From Candidatus Daviesbacteria bacterium (GTDB lineage: Bacteria > Patescibacteriota > Microgenomatia > Daviesbacterales > UBA10151), in assembly GCA_016176335.1 (NCBI GenBank), contig JACOXI010000003.1, positions 322,477 to 386,476 on the forward strand: a DNA stretch of 64,000 nt. Reading direction: 5' to 3'. The notes beneath the pieces were generated by a model. The model did no database searches, had not been told where the DNA came from, and saw only the letters and a list, made by a program, of their open reading frames with translations. Made by a program: the position numbers and the translations under genes. Positions 7,186-17,542 of the stretch are shown piece by piece (the first letter of the stretch is position 1; each line of letters opens with the position of its first letter).

Positions 7186-9870
7186 ATGAAGACAACCAAG
7201 ACGAAAAATACAATACGAGAAAGGCCTGCTCTGCAAGTTGTTTCCGTGCCACGCGCCCATGGGAAAAGCGTTCGTAAAACTAATGGTTTTGGCAGAAATG
7301 GCCGTGCATTTGAGACAAGGTTTATTCCGCGTTATAAAGTTATGCCCATCATTCCGGATGGTTTACCCATTCCCACTTTTTCCGAGAGTTCCAATAAGAT
7401 TTTAAAAGAAAGGTATCTTTTAAAAGGTGGGAATCTGGAAGTTGTAGAGAGCGTATCGGAGCGGTTTTGGCACATAGCTTATGATATTGCATCTGGTGAT
7501 TTTGACTTTAGGGCGAGTACCAAAGAGGTGATGGATAAGGCTGTCGAATTTTATAGCATGATGGTGCGCCAGGAATTTTTGCCAAACTCCCCAACCATTA
7601 TGAATGCCGGAAAAATTAACGGTTTGCAATACTCTGCCTGCTTTGTTCTGCCAGTGGGAGACTCGCTTCCTGAAATCTTTGATTCGGTCAAATATGCTGC
7701 TTTGATTCATCAAACAGGAGGCGGGACAGGTTTTGCTTTCTCCAGGCTTCGTCCGGCGGGATCGGTTGTTAACACAACAGGAGGCGTGGCATCCGGTCCG
7801 GTTTCGTTTTTGCGGGTTTTCAATGCAGCAACAGAATCTATCAAACAGGGTGGTACAAGGCGGGGAGCTAATATGGGAATTTTAAGAATAGATCATCCGG
7901 ATGTTTTGGAGTTTATAAGATGTAAGGCAGAATTGGATGATTTGAACAGGCCAGTATACGAAGGAGTTGCACCAATGCTGCCGGATGATGAATCGAGGGA
8001 TTATTTCAAAACTCTTCTTTTAGATAAACAAATTGCCAATTTTAATATCTCTGTGGCGGTAACCAAAAAATTTATGAAAGCAATGGAACAAGGTGCAGAT
8101 TATGAGCTGATTGCTCCTCACAACGGTGAGATTGTGGGAAAACTAAATGCAAAGGAAGTTTTTGATGAGATAGTTGAGCGGGCCTGGAAAACAGGTGACC
8201 CCGGACTGATCTTTATTGATCGGATTAACGACTCTCCTGCCAACCCGGTTCCCAAATTGGAGACAATTGAATCGACCAATCCTTGCGGTGAGCAGCCCCT
8301 GGCCCCTTGGGATGCTTGTAATCTAGGTTCTATTAATTTGGGTAAGTTTGTTCACCAGCTTAAGGATGGCAGTTTAGATGTGGATTGGGAAGGCTTAAAG
8401 AATGTGACAAGATTGGCAGTACACTTTCTGGATAACGTGGTTCAAACAAATCCTTACACCTTAAGACAGATTTATGACGAGGTACACCAAAACAGAAGGA
8501 TTGGCCTTGGGGTAATGGGTTGGGCTGATATGCTGTTTAGATTAAAGATTGCCTATAACTCCGATGAGGCTTTGCAATTGGCAGAAAAGGTAATGGAGTT
8601 TATAAACGACGAAGGACACAAAATGTCGGAGGAATTGGCAGAGAGGAGAGGTCCTTTCCCGAATTGGGCAAATTCCATTTATGCTGATAAAAAATCATCT
8701 GCTTTTTCCGAAAGACCGCGTAGTTATGCCTATCATAGTAGAAAACCCATCAGGAATTCAACAATTACCACAATTGCCCCAACAGGAACGATCTCTATTA
8801 TTGGTGACTGTTCATCAGGAATTGAGCCTGTTTTTGCCTTAGCTTATATACACAAAGCCAAAGGGGTGGGGGATGAATATAGAATTTTAACAATCGCCAA
8901 TAAAACTTTTGAGGAAATTGCTAAGCTTGAGGGTTTTTGGAGTGATGATTTGGCCAAAAAAGTTTTGGATAAGGGTTCGGTTGCGGGATTAGACGGAGTA
9001 CCAAAGAGGTGGCAGGAAGTTTTTATTACTGCCCCTGAAATTGATCCGGTAACCCACGTTAAAATGCAGGCAGTATTCCAAAAACATACGGATAATGGGG
9101 TTTCCAAAACCATCAATCTTCCAAATTCGGCAACTTTAGATGATGTAAGAATAGCTTATATGATGGCTTGGGAGACTGGTTGTGATGGTATCACAATTTA
9201 TCGCGACGGCTCCAAAAGTACCCAGGTTTTGAACGTTTCCTCAACCCTTAAGATGAAAACCCAAGTGGATCCGCAAGCACCACTCGAGTCCGACTCGGCT
9301 CCTATTGCTCAAAGACCGATGATTCTTCGGGGCAGGACCTACAAAATCACCACACCTGTAGGTGAGGCATTCATTACCATTAACCGGGACGAGCAGGGTC
9401 AGCCCTTTGAAGTATTTGTAACCGTGGGGCGGGGGGGAATGCATACTATGGCGGATGCAGAGGCGATGGGAAGGTTAGTTTCTTTGTCGCTGCGTTTAGC
9501 AAGAGGAGCAAAAGAAACAGACCCAAAAGCTGTTGCACAAAAGATTGTCAACCAACTTAAAGGAATTGGAGGAGCAAACCATGTTGGGTTTGGCAAAAAT
9601 AGGGTAATGAGTCTGGCAGATGCAATTGCCAAGGTGCTGGCAGAGGATCTGGCTTTGGTGGAAAGCCAAGATGCGGCAGAACCGATTCCCCTTAATCTGA
9701 CAAACGGAGAATTACTTGATCTCAAAACTACCAATCTTGCAACTTCCTTCGACGAGACCCAAGACAAATTGCTCGGTAATGTGGATCTTTGTCCAGACTG
9801 TGGTTCAGCTTCCTTTGTGATGGAAGAGGGCTGCAAAAAATGCCACAGCTGTGGATACTCTATGTGCTAA
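7186..9870 (+). CDS. nrdJ: ribonucleoside reductase class II (adenosylcobalamin-dependent)
   Basis: Class II RNR motifs are present (NSPTIMNAGK, LQYSACFVLPVGDSL, TNPCGEQPL), and a C-terminal Cys-rich tail CPDCGS ... CKKCHSCGYSMC. The N-terminus carries a ~50-aa basic extension; the internal Met at 7342 is an alternative start. Confidence 0.85.
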   Translation: MKTTKTKNTIRERPALQVVSVPRAHGKSVRKTNGFGRNGRAFETRFIPRYKVMPIIPDGLPIPTFSESSNKILKERYLLKGGNLEVVESVSERFWHIAYDIASGDFDFRASTKEVMDKAVEFYSMMVRQEFLPNSPTIMNAGKINGLQYSACFVLPVGDSLPEIFDSVKYAALIHQTGGGTGFAFSRLRPAGSVVNTTGGVASGPVSFLRVFNAATESIKQGGTRRGANMGILRIDHPDVLEFIRCKAELDDLNRPVYEGVAPMLPDDESRDYFKTLLLDKQIANFNISVAVTKKFMKAMEQGADYELIAPHNGEIVGKLNAKEVFDEIVERAWKTGDPGLIFIDRINDSPANPVPKLETIESTNPCGEQPLAPWDACNLGSINLGKFVHQLKDGSLDVDWEGLKNVTRLAVHFLDNVVQTNPYTLRQIYDEVHQNRRIGLGVMGWADMLFRLKIAYNSDEALQLAEKVMEFINDEGHKMSEELAERRGPFPNWANSIYADKKSSAFSERPRSYAYHSRKPIRNSTITTIAPTGTISIIGDCSSGIEPVFALAYIHKAKGVGDEYRILTIANKTFEEIAKLEGFWSDDLAKKVLDKGSVAGLDGVPKRWQEVFITAPEIDPVTHVKMQAVFQKHTDNGVSKTINLPNSATLDDVRIAYMMAWETGCDGITIYRDGSKSTQVLNVSSTLKMKTQVDPQAPLESDSAPIAQRPMILRGRTYKITTPVGEAFITINRDEQGQPFEVFVTVGRGGMHTMADAEAMGRLVSLSLRLARGAKETDPKAVAQKIVNQLKGIGGANHVGFGKNRVMSLADAIAKVLAEDLALVESQDAAEPIPLNLTNGELLDLKTTNLATSFDETQDKLLGNVDLCPDCGSASFVMEEGCKKCHSCGYSMC

Positions 9871-9879
9871 AATACCTGC

Positions 9880-10413
9880 GTGGATTCTGAAAAAGGATTA
9901 GTTATTTTATATACAGGTGAAGGGAAGGGCAAGACTACTGCGGCTTTGGGGTTAGTGCTTCGAGCTTCGGGATATAATAAAAAATGTTTAATTGTCCAGT
10001 TTGGTAAAATTTGGTTTACTGGAGAGCTTGAAGGTATTAAAAAATTAGCCCCCTTTGTAAAAATAATTCAGGGAGGAAAAGGATTTGTTAAAATTTTGGG
10101 AGACAAGCTACCTTTAAAAGAACACAAAAAAGCAGCCAAAAATACTTTTGACTTGTTATATAAAGAGGTAATTTCTGATAAATGGGATGTGATGGTGGCA
10201 GATGAGATAGTGGGAGCTTGCTCGTCTGGATTATTATCTATTAGTAAGGTAGTTAAGTTAATTAAAGACAAGCCAGATAGGTTGGATTTAGTTTTGACAG
10301 GCCATCATGCATCCAGAAAATTACTTGACTTTGCAGATTTGGCAACAGAGATGGTAGAATTAAAACACCCCTACAGATTGGGAATTTTAGCAAAACAAGG
10401 GGTTGACTTTTAG
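9880..10413 (+). CDS. cob(I)alamin/corrinoid adenosyltransferase (CobO/BtuR type)
   Basis: GTG start. P-loop GEGKGKTTAALGLVLRA typical of the CobA/CobO/BtuR family. Sits directly downstream of the B12-dependent RNR. Confidence 0.8.
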   Translation: MDSEKGLVILYTGEGKGKTTAALGLVLRASGYNKKCLIVQFGKIWFTGELEGIKKLAPFVKIIQGGKGFVKILGDKLPLKEHKKAAKNTFDLLYKEVISDKWDVMVADEIVGACSSGLLSISKVVKLIKDKPDRLDLVLTGHHASRKLLDFADLATEMVELKHPYRLGILAKQGVDF

Positions 10414-10452
10414 CACTCAAGGTAGTAAACTGCTAATTACAAAGTAAAAATC

Positions 10453-12870
10453 ATGGCTGATTTTATAAAACCTATTTTAAATGAGCCTCTAAAACTTAAA
10501 CCAACCATGCCGGTTGGGCCGCTACGAGATACAGTGATCTTTCCTGGTAACTCTGTTCCCATAATTTCCGGTAGACCCAAATCAAAGGCTGCTTTAGATG
10601 TTGCCTGGAATTCTGATAAGCTGATTGTTTTTGTCACCCAAAAAAATAGCAGAATTGAAGATCCATCAGATAAGGATCTTTATAAGGTAGGTACTGTTTG
10701 TTTGATAAGAAGAGTTGTTAAAAATCCAGAAGGTGAATATACCCTTCAAGCAGAAGGAATGGCAAGAGTGTTCATTAAAAATTTCACCCAAATTGATCCA
10801 TATTTGGAAGCAGAAATTGAGGAAATCCCGGAGCTTTATGAACGGTCTGATCAAACGGAAGCACAAGTTCGAACGGTTAGAGAGCAGGTTCGCCGTTTTA
10901 TGGAGCTTGGGGGTAGTCCTTTCTTTGATCAGAATATTTTTACCAATTGGTCGGTATTTTCTTATACGGACGATCCAAATCAACTTGTTAATACTATAAC
11001 TCAAGCAGTTGATTTCAAAACTATTGATAAACAACAGATTTTGGAGATGGTTTCCGCCCAAGAAAGATTGCAAAGACTGTCCGAGCTTTTGGCAAAAGAA
11101 ATAAGAATTATGGAGATTTCCCAAAAGATTTCTTCTCAAACTCAAGAGCGTGTTTCCAAGATCACAAAAGAAGCCATATTAAAAGAGCAGATGAGAAGTA
11201 TTGAGGAGGAGCTGGGCGGGGGGGATTCGGAGCATCAGGAAATTAAGGAATTTGAATTGAAAATTAAAAAGAGTGGTATGCCAAAGGAAGTTTTGGAGAG
11301 GACTAAGAGGGAGTTATCAAGGCTGGCCAAGATGTCCCCATATAATCCCGAAGCGGGCTACATCAGAAATTACTTGGAGTGGTTAACTGATCTTCCTTGG
11401 AAGTTGGAAAAACAGCCGAAAGTAGATCTTAAAAAAGCCGAAGAAATCTTGGAAGAAGACCATTATGGTTTAAAGAAAGTGAAGGAAAGAATCCTGGAAT
11501 ACTTGGCAGTACACAAACTGGCAGGTAAAATTCACGGTCCTATCCTTTGTTTTGTGGGGCCTCCGGGTGTTGGTAAAACCTCTATCGGAAAATCCATTGC
11601 CAGAGCACTGTCGCGAAAATTTATTAAGGTTTCCCTGGGAGGAATCAGGGATGAGGCAGAGATCAGAGGTCACAGAAGAACTTATGTAGGGAGCATGCCG
11701 GGAAGAATAGTCCAAGGTATAAAACAAGCCGGCACTGTTAATCCTGTATTTATGCTGGATGAGATAGACAAAATCGGTGCAGACTACAGAGGTGATCCGT
11801 CAGCCGCACTTTTGGAAGCATTAGATCCGGAACAAAATTTTGGTTTTTCAGACCATTATCTGGAAGTATCGTTTGATCTTTCCAACGTGATGTTTATCAC
11901 AACTGCCAATATTTTGGATACCATTCCTCCGGCTTTGCGGGATAGGCTGGAAATTATCCGTTATGCAGGCTATACAGAGGATGAAAAATTCCATATTGCT
12001 GAAAAATTCCTCATCCCAAAACAGGTGGTGGGTCATGGTTTAAAAAAAGATCAGATTAATTTTTCAGATTTGGCCGTACGGTCAATTATTCGCGAATATA
12101 CCAGGGAAGCAGGAGTAAGAAGTTTGGAAAGGGAGCTTTCAGCAGTGATGCGAAAAGTTGCAAGAAAAATTGCAGAGGGAGATGGGAAAAAACTATTTAA
12201 GATTACCCCGGAGGTTGTACACAAATTCTTGGGTCCGATCAAGTTTTTGCCACAACTGGCAGAAATAGAGGATACAATAGGTATGACCACCGGTCTATCT
12301 GTCACAGAAGCAGGTGGAGAGATTTTATTTATAGAAGTGACATTAATGCCTGGAAAGGGTGGGTTGCTCTTGACAGGACAATTAGGGGATGTGATGAAAG
12401 AGTCAGGACAGGCTGCAATGTCTTATGTCAGGTCTCATTGGTTAAATTTAGGCCTACCGGAAAAATTCTTCCAAAAAGTAGATGTCCATGTCCATGTTCC
12501 GGAAGGGGCAATACCAAAAGACGGGCCATCTGCCGGCATCGCCCTCACAACTGCCATAGTTTCCGCATTTAGTAAAATTCCTGTTCATAAAGATATTGCT
12601 ATGACAGGTGAGGTAACTTTAAGAGGAAGAGTGTTGGAAATTGGGGGACTTAAGGAAAAAGTCTTGGCTGCACACAGAGCCGGGGTGAAAACCATTATTG
12701 TACCGGACGATAATAAAAAAGACATGGAAGATATACCAATGTTTGTACAAAAAGATTTGAAATTTATTTTTGTCAAACATATGGATGAGGTTTTGGATGT
12801 AGCATTAGTTAGATTTCCAAAACCTGTTTTAAACAAAAGAATTCCGGTTAGTCCTGCCTTTGTCGCATGA
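10453..12870 (+). CDS. lon: ATP-dependent protease Lon (LonA)
   Basis: LON N-domain, AAA+ Walker [10 protein letters not shown], and protease domain with catalytic Ser in [18 protein letters not shown]. Confidence 0.9.
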   Translation: MADFIKPILNEPLKLKPTMPVGPLRDTVIFPGNSVPIISGRPKSKAALDVAWNSDKLIVFVTQKNSRIEDPSDKDLYKVGTVCLIRRVVKNPEGEYTLQAEGMARVFIKNFTQIDPYLEAEIEEIPELYERSDQTEAQVRTVREQVRRFMELGGSPFFDQNIFTNWSVFSYTDDPNQLVNTITQAVDFKTIDKQQILEMVSAQERLQRLSELLAKEIRIMEISQKISSQTQERVSKITKEAILKEQMRSIEEELGGGDSEHQEIKEFELKIKKSGMPKEVLERTKRELSRLAKMSPYNPEAGYIRNYLEWLTDLPWKLEKQPKVDLKKAEEILEEDHYGLKKVKERILEYLAVHKLAGKIHGPILCFVGPPGVGKTSIGKSIARALSRKFIKVSLGGIRDEAEIRGHRRTYVGSMPGRIVQGIKQAGTVNPVFMLDEIDKIGADYRGDPSAALLEALDPEQNFGFSDHYLEVSFDLSNVMFITTANILDTIPPALRDRLEIIRYAGYTEDEKFHIAEKFLIPKQVVGHGLKKDQINFSDLAVRSIIREYTREAGVRSLERELSAVMRKVARKIAEGDGKKLFKITPEVVHKFLGPIKFLPQLAEIEDTIGMTTGLSVTEAGGEILFIEVTLMPGKGGLLLTGQLGDVMKESGQAAMSYVRSHWLNLGLPEKFFQKVDVHVHVPEGAIPKDGPSAGIALTTAIVSAFSKIPVHKDIAMTGEVTLRGRVLEIGGLKEKVLAAHRAGVKTIIVPDDNKKDMEDIPMFVQKDLKFIFVKHMDEVLDVALVRFPKPVLNKRIPVSPAFVA

Positions 12871-14876
12871 TGGATTTAATTGTCAATAACATATCAAACA
12901 TCATTTGGCTTTCTGTTGGAGCCTCCCTATTTTATGGATTGTGGTTAATAATTGATATTTTAAGAAGACCTTCGGGTGATGAGAAAATGAGGGAAATCCA
13001 AACGGCGATTCAAATAGGGGCTTCGGCTTACCTGCAAAGACAATATAAAGTTGTGGCTTCTGTTGCTGTAATACTGGCGGCAGGAATTTATTACTTCCTG
13101 GGAGCAAATACTGCTTTAGGGTTTTTAATAGGAGCTACTCTTTCTGCGTTGGCTGGGTTTATAGGTATGAATGTGGCGGTAAGAACCAATGTTCGGGTCG
13201 CGGAAATTGCCAAAGGGGGCTTACCTCAAGCTTTCTCTCTTGCCTATAAAGGTGGGGCAGTCACAGGGTTTTTTGTGGTGGGTTTAGCATTGGCTGCAGT
13301 TTATGGTTTTTATCAATACACTGGCGGGGATATTAAATCTTTAATTGGTCTTGGCTTTGGAGGGTCTTTAATTTCCGTTTTTGCCAGGCTTGGTGGTGGA
13401 ATTTTTACAAAAGGGGCAGATGTGGGGGCTGATTTGGTTGGTAAACTTGAGGCAGGGATTCCCGAAGATGATCCAAGAAACCCGGCAGTTATTGCGGATA
13501 ATGTGGGGGATAATGTCGGAGATGATGCCGGCATGGCAGCGGATATTTTTGAGACACATATTGTCACGGCAATTGCCGCAATGATTTTGGGACAACTGCT
13601 TTTGCCTAACTTTCCCAATGCCCTAGTCTATCCTCAATTACTTTTGGCAGTAGCTATTTTGGGTTCTATCTTTGGCAGCGCAGTCGTTCGCTTAAACGGT
13701 AAAAATATTATGGGCGCTCTTTATAAGGGTTTAACCGCCGCAGTTATCTTCTCCCTAATACTTTTTTATCCGGCAACTTTAGCTTTAATGGGACAAAACC
13801 CCCTTTTCCCGGTGATTAATCTGTATCTTTCAACCATTGTCGGTGTTTTAGTAACAGCCGCCATATTTTGGATTACAGAGTATTACACTTCAACAAAATA
13901 TGCTCCCGTGCAACATATAGCCGAGGCATCAAGAACAGGTCATGCTACCAATATTATCGCCGGACTGGCCACTTCCATGAAATCTACCTTCTTTCCTGTT
14001 CTGCTAATTTCAGCAGCGGTGTTAGTAAGTTTCTGGCTGGCTGGTTTGTATGGCATAGCTTTGGCTGCAGTTGCAATGCTGTCTTTGGCAGGAACGGTTG
14101 TGACAATTGATGCTTTTGGACCGATCACCGATAATGCCGGGGGGATTGCCGAAATGGCACACTTACCGCAAAAGGTGCGGGATGTGACAGATCCTTTGGA
14201 TGCTGTTGGCAATACCACCAAAGCTGTGACAAAAGGTTACGCCATTGCTTCTGCCGGGTTGGCTGCTTTGGTGCTTTTTACAGCTTACGCGGAGGAATTG
14301 GCAACAACTGGGGCGGAATTATCTTTTTCTCTGACCGACCCGCAAGTTTTGATAGGCCTTTTTATAGGCGGTGCTCTTCCCTATCTTTTTGCCTCATACG
14401 CAATGGAGGCTGTGGGAAAAGCAGGCGGGGCGGTGGTTGAGGAAGTCAGGAGACAGTTCAAAACAATAAGAGGGATAATGGAGGGGAAGGCCAAACCGGA
14501 TTATGCCCGTTGTGTGGAGATAGTGACAGTTGTTGCACAAAAAGAAATGTTAATTCCGGCTTTGATTCCTGTGTTAGCGCCTATTTTAGTGGGATTTGTT
14601 TTGGGACCTGTTGCTTTGGGGGGGATGCTTGTGGGAACAATTGTGACAGGGATATTTGTGGCAGTTTCCATGACCACGGGTGGTGCTGCCTGGGATAATG
14701 CCAAAAAATATATAGAAACGGGAAAATTTGGAGGTAAAGGATCAGATGCTCACAAAGCTGCAGTCACAGGTGATACGGTCGGTGATCCATATAAAGATAC
14801 AGCAGGGCCAGCGATAAATCCGATGATAAAAGTCGTTAATATCGTCGCGTTACTTCTTGTGCCTTTTCTTAAATAA
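12867..14876 (+). CDS. hppA: membrane-bound proton/sodium-translocating pyrophosphatase
   Basis: 669-aa polytopic protein with the signature [18 protein letters not shown] and DNVGDNVGD motifs. Its start overlaps the lon stop (ATGA). Confidence 0.9.
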   Translation: MMDLIVNNISNIIWLSVGASLFYGLWLIIDILRRPSGDEKMREIQTAIQIGASAYLQRQYKVVASVAVILAAGIYYFLGANTALGFLIGATLSALAGFIGMNVAVRTNVRVAEIAKGGLPQAFSLAYKGGAVTGFFVVGLALAAVYGFYQYTGGDIKSLIGLGFGGSLISVFARLGGGIFTKGADVGADLVGKLEAGIPEDDPRNPAVIADNVGDNVGDDAGMAADIFETHIVTAIAAMILGQLLLPNFPNALVYPQLLLAVAILGSIFGSAVVRLNGKNIMGALYKGLTAAVIFSLILFYPATLALMGQNPLFPVINLYLSTIVGVLVTAAIFWITEYYTSTKYAPVQHIAEASRTGHATNIIAGLATSMKSTFFPVLLISAAVLVSFWLAGLYGIALAAVAMLSLAGTVVTIDAFGPITDNAGGIAEMAHLPQKVRDVTDPLDAVGNTTKAVTKGYAIASAGLAALVLFTAYAEELATTGAELSFSLTDPQVLIGLFIGGALPYLFASYAMEAVGKAGGAVVEEVRRQFKTIRGIMEGKAKPDYARCVEIVTVVAQKEMLIPALIPVLAPILVGFVLGPVALGGMLVGTIVTGIFVAVSMTTGGAAWDNAKKYIETGKFGGKGSDAHKAAVTGDTVGDPYKDTAGPAINPMIKVVNIVALLLVPFLK

Positions 14877-14900
14877 CGTGTCTTTGTTAGCTTTGTGTTT

Positions 14901-15320
14901 CTATTGAGGCGAGGTTGGATTTGGGGGAGGGGTGGGTTGACTGCCCATTAGGGCGTTTTTCACCTCCATCACCACTTGATCGGGAGTATAAGACGCCTTA
15001 ATTAAATAAGCTTGCGCGCCTAATTCAAATCCTTCCTTAATAACCGCTTCCTGTCCTAAATTCGTCAAAAGTATGGTAATCATTTTAGAATTTGGATTTT
15101 GAGTCTTAAATTCCCTTAGAACTTGTAATCCATTCATTCCCGGAAGCATGATATCCAAAAGTAACAGATCAAAAGGTTCACTCTTTAACATATTCAAACC
15201 ACTTTGCCCGTCCATCGCACTTTTAACCTGAAAACCCGCTTTGGTCAGTTGTCTAACATACAGGTCTCTTATAAAGTTCTCATCCTCAATCAGAATAATT
15301 TTTTTGGAATTCGGATCCAT
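14901..15320 (-). CDS. stand-alone response-regulator receiver domain (CheY-like)
   Basis: Receiver motifs ILIEDE ... LLLLDIMLPGMNG ... K. The C-terminal tail is Pro-rich and there is no output domain. Confidence 0.8.
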   Translation of the reverse strand: MDPNSKKIILIEDENFIRDLYVRQLTKAGFQVKSAMDGQSGLNMLKSEPFDLLLLDIMLPGMNGLQVLREFKTQNPNSKMITILLTNLGQEAVIKEGFELGAQAYLIKASYTPDQVVMEVKNALMGSQPTPPPNPTSPQ

Positions 15321-15382
15321 TAGAATTATTTTAACCTGAACCTTATCCTTCTTTCAACCACAATTATGCAAACTAATTGTGG

Positions 15383-16831
15383 TCAATAATTAAGTGCACC
15401 GTGTTGAATTTCTTGGCCAACAAATTTATCAGATACAAAAGGTTTCATTTGGGAAGCAGCAGGTAACGTAAAGTAAAACTTACTTCCGGATCCTTCTTCG
15501 GATTCGACCCAAATTTTTCCTCCCAGTTTGCTAATAATAGATTTGGCAATATACAAACCCAGTCCGGTGCCTTTGGAGGCTTGCTGCGAAGTGTTGGAAA
15601 CCCGGAAGAATTTATTAAAAAGATGAGGAATGGCTTCTTTCGGTATGCCAATTCCCGTATCGGAGACAACTGTTGTAATCTCAAGCGGTGTAATTTTAAA
15701 AGAAATATCGACTTTCCCCCCCGGGTTTGTATAATTTATGGCATTTGCAATAAGGTTTGTGACAACTTCGTTAATTCTAATCGGATCAGCAAGAACTTTG
15801 GGAAGGGCATCTTTTGGAAAATTGAGCGTTAAAGAGATATTTTTCTGCTTAGCCAGGTTGCCCAGATCATCAACACTCTTTGTCAAAACTGTTTGATAAT
15901 CAATCGGTTCCGGTGAAACTGCCAACTGGTCTCTTTCAATTTTATTAACGTTTAAAATATTTTGAACCAGAGCCAAAAGCTGTTGGGCGGAAACTTGGCT
16001 TTTTTCCAGAAGGTCAAGTTCCTCGCTTGCTATTTTGCCTCTATTTTCATTTATAAATACAGAAAGGTAGCCGATAATACCAGTTAGGGGGGTTCTTAGC
16101 TCGTGTGATGCCATTGAAACAAAATCAAGCTTCATTCTTTCCAATTCTTCTTCTTTTGAAAGGTCACGCAATAGCAACAGGCATCCCAAGTTTGTCTGAA
16201 CTCCACTGTCTATTTTGGAAGTAGTTAAATTTATCCTTGTCTGCTTACCGTCTCTTCCGACTAAAGTTACTGTTTGGTTAAAAGAGATATCGCAATAAGT
16301 TTTAGATAAAATTTCCTCTTGACCGGAGTAAAGACGAACAAACTGGTCTATTGATTTGCTGTTTAATTCGTTTTGTGTGTAGCCGGTGATACTTTCTGCT
16401 GCTTTATTGACAAAAACGATATTTTTATTAAAGTCTAATGCTATAATCCCATCAACAATGGCTGATAGTACAGAATCAATTCTATTTCGCTCGGAAGCAA
16501 GTGCATCTTTTTCTGTCTCCAATTTTTGAAAAGAGATTGCGAGTTTCCCTGCCATTAAATTGAAAGCATCAGCCACACTTTGAAGTTCATCTTGACTTCT
16601 TATATCAAGTTTATAGTTTAGATTACCTTCGCCCAAAGATTTGGCAGCTTGAACGAATTTGCCCAAAGGTTTTAGGATTAAAAATAGGACTAAAGTAGCA
16701 ATAAATGCTGAAAGCGCGCCAATAATATAAGAAATTGGTGAGTTAAGATTTAGGAAATTTATCGCAAAGATAGGTATAAATACAGCAAATAAGATCAGAA
16801 TAATTAATTTGAGGAGGAGTGAAATTTTCAT
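15383..16831 (-). CDS. sensor histidine kinase (2 TM, PAS, HisKA, HATPase_c)
   Basis: Two N-terminal TM helices. H-box SHELRTPLTGIIGY. G-boxes DTGIGIP and GTGLGLYIAKSII. Confidence 0.85.
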   Translation of the reverse strand: MKISLLLKLIILILFAVFIPIFAINFLNLNSPISYIIGALSAFIATLVLFLILKPLGKFVQAAKSLGEGNLNYKLDIRSQDELQSVADAFNLMAGKLAISFQKLETEKDALASERNRIDSVLSAIVDGIIALDFNKNIVFVNKAAESITGYTQNELNSKSIDQFVRLYSGQEEILSKTYCDISFNQTVTLVGRDGKQTRINLTTSKIDSGVQTNLGCLLLLRDLSKEEELERMKLDFVSMASHELRTPLTGIIGYLSVFINENRGKIASEELDLLEKSQVSAQQLLALVQNILNVNKIERDQLAVSPEPIDYQTVLTKSVDDLGNLAKQKNISLTLNFPKDALPKVLADPIRINEVVTNLIANAINYTNPGGKVDISFKITPLEITTVVSDTGIGIPKEAIPHLFNKFFRVSNTSQQASKGTGLGLYIAKSIISKLGGKIWVESEEGSGSKFYFTLPAASQMKPFVSDKFVGQEIQHGALNY

Positions 16832-16882
16832 TTTAGTATCTAATCTAGCGTACCAGAAGCGGAAGATTTTGACAAGGAAAAT

Positions 16883-16891
16883 TGGTATAAT
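16883..16891 (+). promoter_or_regulatory. extended -10 promoter element (TGgTATAAT) for tRNA-Glu
   Basis: TGgTATAAT ends 13 nt upstream of the tRNA 5' end. A TTGACA lies at 16869-16874, but the spacer is too short (11 nt), so the extended -10 is the likely determinant. Confidence 0.3.
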
Positions 16892-16903
16892 TTAGCAAAA
16901 TTC

Positions 16904-16975
16904 GGCTCTGTCGTCTAGGGGTTAGGACACAGCGTTCTCAACGCTGTAACACGGGTTCGAATCCCGTCAGAGCCA
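16904..16975 (+). tRNA. tRNA-Glu (anticodon CUC)
   Basis: Manually folded cloverleaf. Acceptor ggctctg/cagagcc. D-stem gtct/ggac with GG-containing loop. Anticodon stem cagcg/cgctg with loop ttCTCaa. T-arm acggg-TTCGAAT-cccgt. Discriminator A. CCA is not encoded. Confidence 0.8.
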
Positions 16976-17011
16976 CTGATTAATATTCTCTTAAAGCCTT
17001 CTCTCGCAGGT

Positions 17012-17040
17012 TTGACTTTGTGGATAAATTAGCATAGAAT
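17012..17040 (+). promoter_or_regulatory. sigma70-like promoter for greA
   Basis: -35 TTGACT at 17012-17017, 17-nt spacer, -10 TAGAAT at 17035-17040. The greA ATG follows 14 nt after the -10, so the mRNA would be near-leaderless. Confidence 0.35.
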
Positions 17041-17053
17041 CTGCCTAAAATAA

Positions 17054-17542
17054 ATGACTAAAAATAATAAGTCAAACAAACTTGCCAAAAATGTTTATCT
17101 TACTCAAAAGGGGCTTTCCGAAGCCAGAGGGGAGCTTGATTACTTAAAAAAAGTCAAAAGAGCGGACATTGCCAGCAGAATAAATCAAGCTCGGGAGTAC
17201 GGAGATTTATCAGAGAATTCCGAATATGACAGTGCAATGGAGGATCAGGCTTTAATGGAAAGCAGAATCAGTGCACTGGAAAACATTCTCAAAGATGCAA
17301 AAGTTATTTCAAATAACCTCACCAATGATTTTGTGGTGATTGGGTCAACTGTTAGGATAGAGATGGACAGGGAGATTGATGAATTCACCATAGTAGGCAG
17401 AGTGGAGGCAGATCCTGCCAAAAAAAGAATATCAAATGAATCACCTTTGGGATCAGCACTTTTGGGTGGTAAAAAAGGGGAGATTGTGGAGGTCACAACA
17501 CCAATTGTTAAGTATAAATGTAAAATTCTGGAGGTAAAATGA
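17054..17542 (+). CDS. greA: transcription elongation factor GreA
   Basis: GreA/GreB N-terminal coiled coil (LSENSEYDSAMEDQALMESRISALENIL) and C-terminal FKBP-like domain. Confidence 0.85.
   Translation: MTKNNKSNKLAKNVYLTQKGLSEARGELDYLKKVKRADIASRINQAREYGDLSENSEYDSAMEDQALMESRISALENILKDAKVISNNLTNDFVVIGSTVRIEMDREIDEFTIVGRVEADPAKKRISNESPLGSALLGGKKGEIVEVTTPIVKYKCKILEVK

Noticed and set aside
9427-9436. G-rich tract (gggg c ggggggg) inside nrdJ as a possible phase-variation site
   Set aside because: It is in frame (VGRGGM) within an essential housekeeping gene. Homopolymer slippage control of an RNR is implausible, and nothing suggests a frameshift.
7186-9870. Intein in the class II ribonucleotide reductase
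   Set aside because: Intein insertion is frequent in RNRs. But 894 aa is within the normal range for NrdJ with a C-terminal zinc ribbon. The catalytic motifs are contiguous, and no intein blocks (N-terminal Cys/Ser after a conserved site, C-terminal HN) were seen.
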